Assembly (NCBI GenBank): GCA_029856145.1
Contig: JAHQWK010000020.1
Coordinates: forward strand, 84,120 to 148,119
Reading direction: 5' to 3'
Source of the DNA: Promethearchaeia archaeon
Lineage (GTDB): Archaea; Asgardarchaeota; Lokiarchaeia; Sigyniarchaeales; SOKP01
Length of the DNA: 64,000 nucleotides
Shown: positions 60,256 through 64,000 of the stretch, one piece after another
Layout: the number at the start of each line of letters is the position of its first letter
How positions within the stretch are numbered: position 1 is the stretch's first letter
Translations under genes and position numbers: made by a program
The notes under the pieces: model-generated
The model's input: the letters and a program-made list of their open reading frames with translations, nothing else
Databases searched by the model: none
Told to the model about the DNA's origin: nothing

Positions 60256-60450
60256 TTGTATAACAATATAAAGGATAATTTACCAAAACAATTTTCAATT
60301 TTTCAACTAATGAGTATTTTAGGTATTGACGCCTCAGAAGTACGCAAAGTGAGAAATTTACTTAAACAGTTCTATTTACATGGATTTATAAAAAGAGTAT
60401 CAAAAAATATGTATCAAAAGGTTGAAAATGAAAATAAAAATAGGAATTAA
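60256..60450 (+). CDS. Small wHTH protein
   Basis: 'VRNLLKQFYLHGFIKRVSKNMY'. Confidence 0.6.
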   Translation: MYNNIKDNLPKQFSIFQLMSILGIDASEVRKVRNLLKQFYLHGFIKRVSKNMYQKVENENKNRN

Positions 60451-61058
60451 TTATTAATACTAAGATTAATCTTTAATTGTGGAAAAAGAAATTTAATTAA
60501 TTCATTAAACGTATCTAATACGCCTTTTCCTTCTATTGCTATTGTTTTTTTAAATGAAATATGTTTAAACCGATTAAAATCTATATATGATAAAAAACTA
60601 TTATTTTCTAGATTATTTATGCTTAATAAATCACACTTATTCAATGAGATTACTATAGGAATTTTATAAAACTCGGATCCAAATATTGTTTTTAACTCAT
60701 TCCAAGATCTAATATTATGTTCCAAGTATTCAATTTGTGAATCAACAACAAAGATTAATCCATCTACTCCATTTAAAGTTGCTGGCCGCGTACTTGCATA
60801 AAAATCTTGACCTGTTGCTGAATAAATTAAAAGTTTCAAACTCCATTCAATTCCTTTAAATTGTAACACACCGAAATCAAAAAATAATGTACGGCCAACA
60901 GAACTGTCAATAGACTTGACTGAATGTTCTTTCTTAAAATAAGAAAAAAGAGATTTAATCGATGTAGTTTTCCCCGACATTGCAGGACCATAATACACTA
61001 CCTTAACTTGTAAAGTTTTATTCTCATAATTAAAAATCATATTATTTTCTAACCCCAA
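60447..61058 (-). CDS. MglA-like small GTPase
   Basis: GPAMSGKTT, RTLFFDF, SATGQ, NKCD. Confidence 0.93.
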   Translation of the reverse strand: MGLENNMIFNYENKTLQVKVVYYGPAMSGKTTSIKSLFSYFKKEHSVKSIDSSVGRTLFFDFGVLQFKGIEWSLKLLIYSATGQDFYASTRPATLNGVDGLIFVVDSQIEYLEHNIRSWNELKTIFGSEFYKIPIVISLNKCDLLSINNLENNSFLSYIDFNRFKHISFKKTIAIEGKGVLDTFNELIKFLFPQLKINLSINN

Positions 61059-61945
61059 AGTGAGACTATTTTATCACCCATAATAGCTTTTTTTCCATCT
61101 TCAATTAAATCTGAATAATCATCTCCCCACTCTTTTTTAATAAATGAACATATTCTTTCTATTGGTGCTTCTTCATAATCGATTGTTTCTAAGAGGGTTT
61201 TACTACCAACTCGTGTCTGGATTCCGATATTATTTAACAAATTCAATCTAGATAAAATAAAAAATGCTCTTTTTGACCCTGAATAAAAATTTTGAATTTC
61301 TCTTTTAAAAATATTTTTTTTTAACTCATTTTTTTCTACTTCAAAATCTAATAGTGTTTTTAGCAAATCTTTATCAAGTCGATTTGTTGTTATTTTATCT
61401 GATAATACTCTTTTCATTTTTACTATTGATTTTTCAGTGTCTTGAGATATTTTTTTAAAGATATTTTGTTCAAGCGTTAAGTCAATTACTTTTGAATTAA
61501 CACCTTCAATCTCTATTGAAATTGCATTTGATGTAATTTTAATATAAAGTAAGTTGTTGGTATTTCTTTTTATTAGATTTTTAATAAAAACTAATTCTTC
61601 TTTTTTTTCGGGTATCTTTAATCCAATAAGCCATGAATAAAGATTATCAAATTGACTTAAAGCTCTAAACGAAACGTTGCATGGACATCTAACATGAGCA
61701 CGTTGATAATTGTAGTCTATATTTTCATTTGCTATAAGATTTTCATAATCTTCCCTTGAAACAAAATCAGTATAGAATACATATTCTTTTCGAAAATGAA
61801 CAAGTTCAGAAAGTTCAATCAAAAAGTCATCAATTTTATCTGAATCTTCACCTAAAACGATTATAGGAATTCTATTTAATAAGCAATACAAAATTACTGA
61901 ATTATTATTACGTTTTAGTTTATCTAAAAATTCAAAAAAATTCAT
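61049..61945 (-). CDS. Uncharacterised protein, possible core-DENN-like domain
   Basis: 'LYCLLNRIPIIVLGEDSDKIDDFLIELSELV' resembles the c-DENN start; lies between Roadblock and GTPase genes. Confidence 0.6.
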   Translation of the reverse strand: MNFFEFLDKLKRNNNSVILYCLLNRIPIIVLGEDSDKIDDFLIELSELVHFRKEYVFYTDFVSREDYENLIANENIDYNYQRAHVRCPCNVSFRALSQFDNLYSWLIGLKIPEKKEELVFIKNLIKRNTNNLLYIKITSNAISIEIEGVNSKVIDLTLEQNIFKKISQDTEKSIVKMKRVLSDKITTNRLDKDLLKTLLDFEVEKNELKKNIFKREIQNFYSGSKRAFFILSRLNLLNNIGIQTRVGSKTLLETIDYEEAPIERICSFIKKEWGDDYSDLIEDGKKAIMGDKIVSLWG

Positions 61946-61957
61946 GATCTCACCTTC

Positions 61958-62959
61958 TTATTTTATTACTAATTCTCCTAACATTCTCTTAATGTCAAAA
62001 GTTCGATGATCTTGAATTTCTGATGCTCTTTTAATAAGAGAATCAATTTTTTTTGAAAATTGCGGAAGTATTAATCGTATTAATCCTAATTTTTGCCTTA
62101 GTTTTCCAATTTCTGTGCTGAAAATTGCTTTTCCTAATCCGTCTATAAATTGAAATGAATTTTGACAATCCAGTAGAATCCTCTCCGCTTGCATTTTTTT
62201 CAATAACCAAGCACATCTATTAGCAGTTTGGAATAATGAATAACTCATTGCTGAAATCTTGTCTAATTGTTCGGTATCAGTATCAACTTTTTTTAGAATT
62301 TTAGAAGCGATAAAACCTCCTTCAATAGTTATAAAAGCATATTTTAAGTCTGGAATTGTAACAGATATATTATTTAAGACTTTTTTTAATTCTAGAGATA
62401 TTGTCTCTGAAAAACTTAAGGAAAAGGAGGATAATCTTAGATCAAAATCTTCAGTTTCTTTGACGTTGAATCCTTCGATGATACTTAGAATTTTCTGATT
62501 ATTAAACTGAATTAATGGCGGTTTAAAGGACTCCCCTGATGTAATTAGCGTAGTTTTTATTTTTTTTAAGCATTCATTAGTTTGTAAGAAGATACCTCCT
62601 AAGTTTATATTTGGTTGGGCTGTAATTGCTATAAAAAATTCATGATTTGTATCCAAAATTCCCTGGGATTCTAAAACCTTATTTAATGAGCTATGTAAGG
62701 GACTATTCAATGGAGCAATCAAAATCTTTGCTTTTTTCCCTTCTATTAGGATATATTTCAAATCTTTTGGGTGTAAATGTATTCCTACGTTAAAGATTGC
62801 ACTAGTAGCTGAACTCACATTAAATATCTCATCTTTAGAAAACCAGACTCCAGTAGATTGTATAGGATTGCCATCTCGCTGAGTCAAAACTGCATTTTCT
62901 ACACCTTTAAGTTGTTTTATCTGGTCTAAATGGATTCCAATTTTATCTTTTAGATGCAT
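61958..62959 (-). CDS. Tandem Roadblock/LC7 (MglB-like) protein
   Basis: 'GVENAVLTQRDGNPI' and 'LKYAFITIEGGFIA...ISAMSYSL'. Confidence 0.88.
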   Translation of the reverse strand: MHLKDKIGIHLDQIKQLKGVENAVLTQRDGNPIQSTGVWFSKDEIFNVSSATSAIFNVGIHLHPKDLKYILIEGKKAKILIAPLNSPLHSSLNKVLESQGILDTNHEFFIAITAQPNINLGGIFLQTNECLKKIKTTLITSGESFKPPLIQFNNQKILSIIEGFNVKETEDFDLRLSSFSLSFSETISLELKKVLNNISVTIPDLKYAFITIEGGFIASKILKKVDTDTEQLDKISAMSYSLFQTANRCAWLLKKMQAERILLDCQNSFQFIDGLGKAIFSTEIGKLRQKLGLIRLILPQFSKKIDSLIKRASEIQDHRTFDIKRMLGELVIK

Positions 62960-63305
62960 TTTAAATCTTAAACTCTCTTATTGAAATGATATCCTTTAAT
63001 TTTAATAGAGATTTTTAAACTACGAAAATTTATTAAGCAATACTTAAGCTTCTGCTGATAAACAAAAAAATTTAAAATACATTGTACCTTTATAATATAT
63101 TAACAAATCGTATCTTTACCGGTGTAAGCTTGGATTACGGTAAACTTCCGTTAAATGAAGAGTTAAATCAAAGATGCGATATAAAAAATGTGGTTATATT
63201 TATAACAAATATAACTGAAGAAAGTTTTATTAAGAACTCCTAAGGATGACGAAATATCAATTCCAATTAAAAGTTTAAGTCTTTAGAAATTACTTCAAAT
63301 GAATT

Positions 63306-64000
<695 letters not shown>

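Noticed and set aside
463-62498. Many short overlapping or antisense ORFs in the track (e.g. 463-660, 936-1244, 2471-2695, 4526-4789, 9420-9632, 28123-28371, 45181-45465, 53217-53474, 62259-62498)
   Set aside because: Shadows of well-supported genes, with low-complexity F/L/I/S composition
63115-63145. Bulged hairpin TTTACCG-GTG-TAA...TTA-CGGTAAA as an independent ncRNA
   Set aside because: More simply part of the rRNA leader; cannot be resolved without the 3' flank

Overview
Very AT-rich archaeal chromosomal window, most consistent with an Asgard archaeon of the Lokiarchaeia. The evidence is the archaeal 16S 5' end, archaeal r-proteins, TFB, class I LysRS and Cdc6, plus several Roadblock, MglA-like GTPase, DENN/longin-like and V4R proteins. 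Most of the window is core informational genome: rpl15e, RNase P proteins, rqcH, a tRNA-modification operon, two TFBs, ABCE1, lysS, rpl3-4-23, cdc6, rps17e, three tRNAs (one with a D-loop intron) and the start of a 16S rRNA gene. Features not visible in the ORF track: (1) In an accessory island (~21.9-29.4 kb), an identical 42-bp element occurs twice. Each copy is built as a TATA-led micro-gene (MPGAHEGHPIM*) with a hairpin and U-tract, one behind a 1206-aa protein and one behind a diverged C-terminal remnant of it, next to an MFS transporter. (2) A C/D-box sRNA whose D guide predicts 2'-O-methylation of the 23S P-loop G2251 equivalent. (3) An inverted ORB-like pair around an AT-rich tract (candidate oriC). 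(4) Two conserved genes that appear to need ATA/ATT start codons. (5) A dispersed Flp/Tad-like pilus system whose prepilin peptidase is frameshifted at a T13 run. (6) A Roadblock-DENN-like-GTPase operon. All family assignments come from recalled motifs; no database searches were run.
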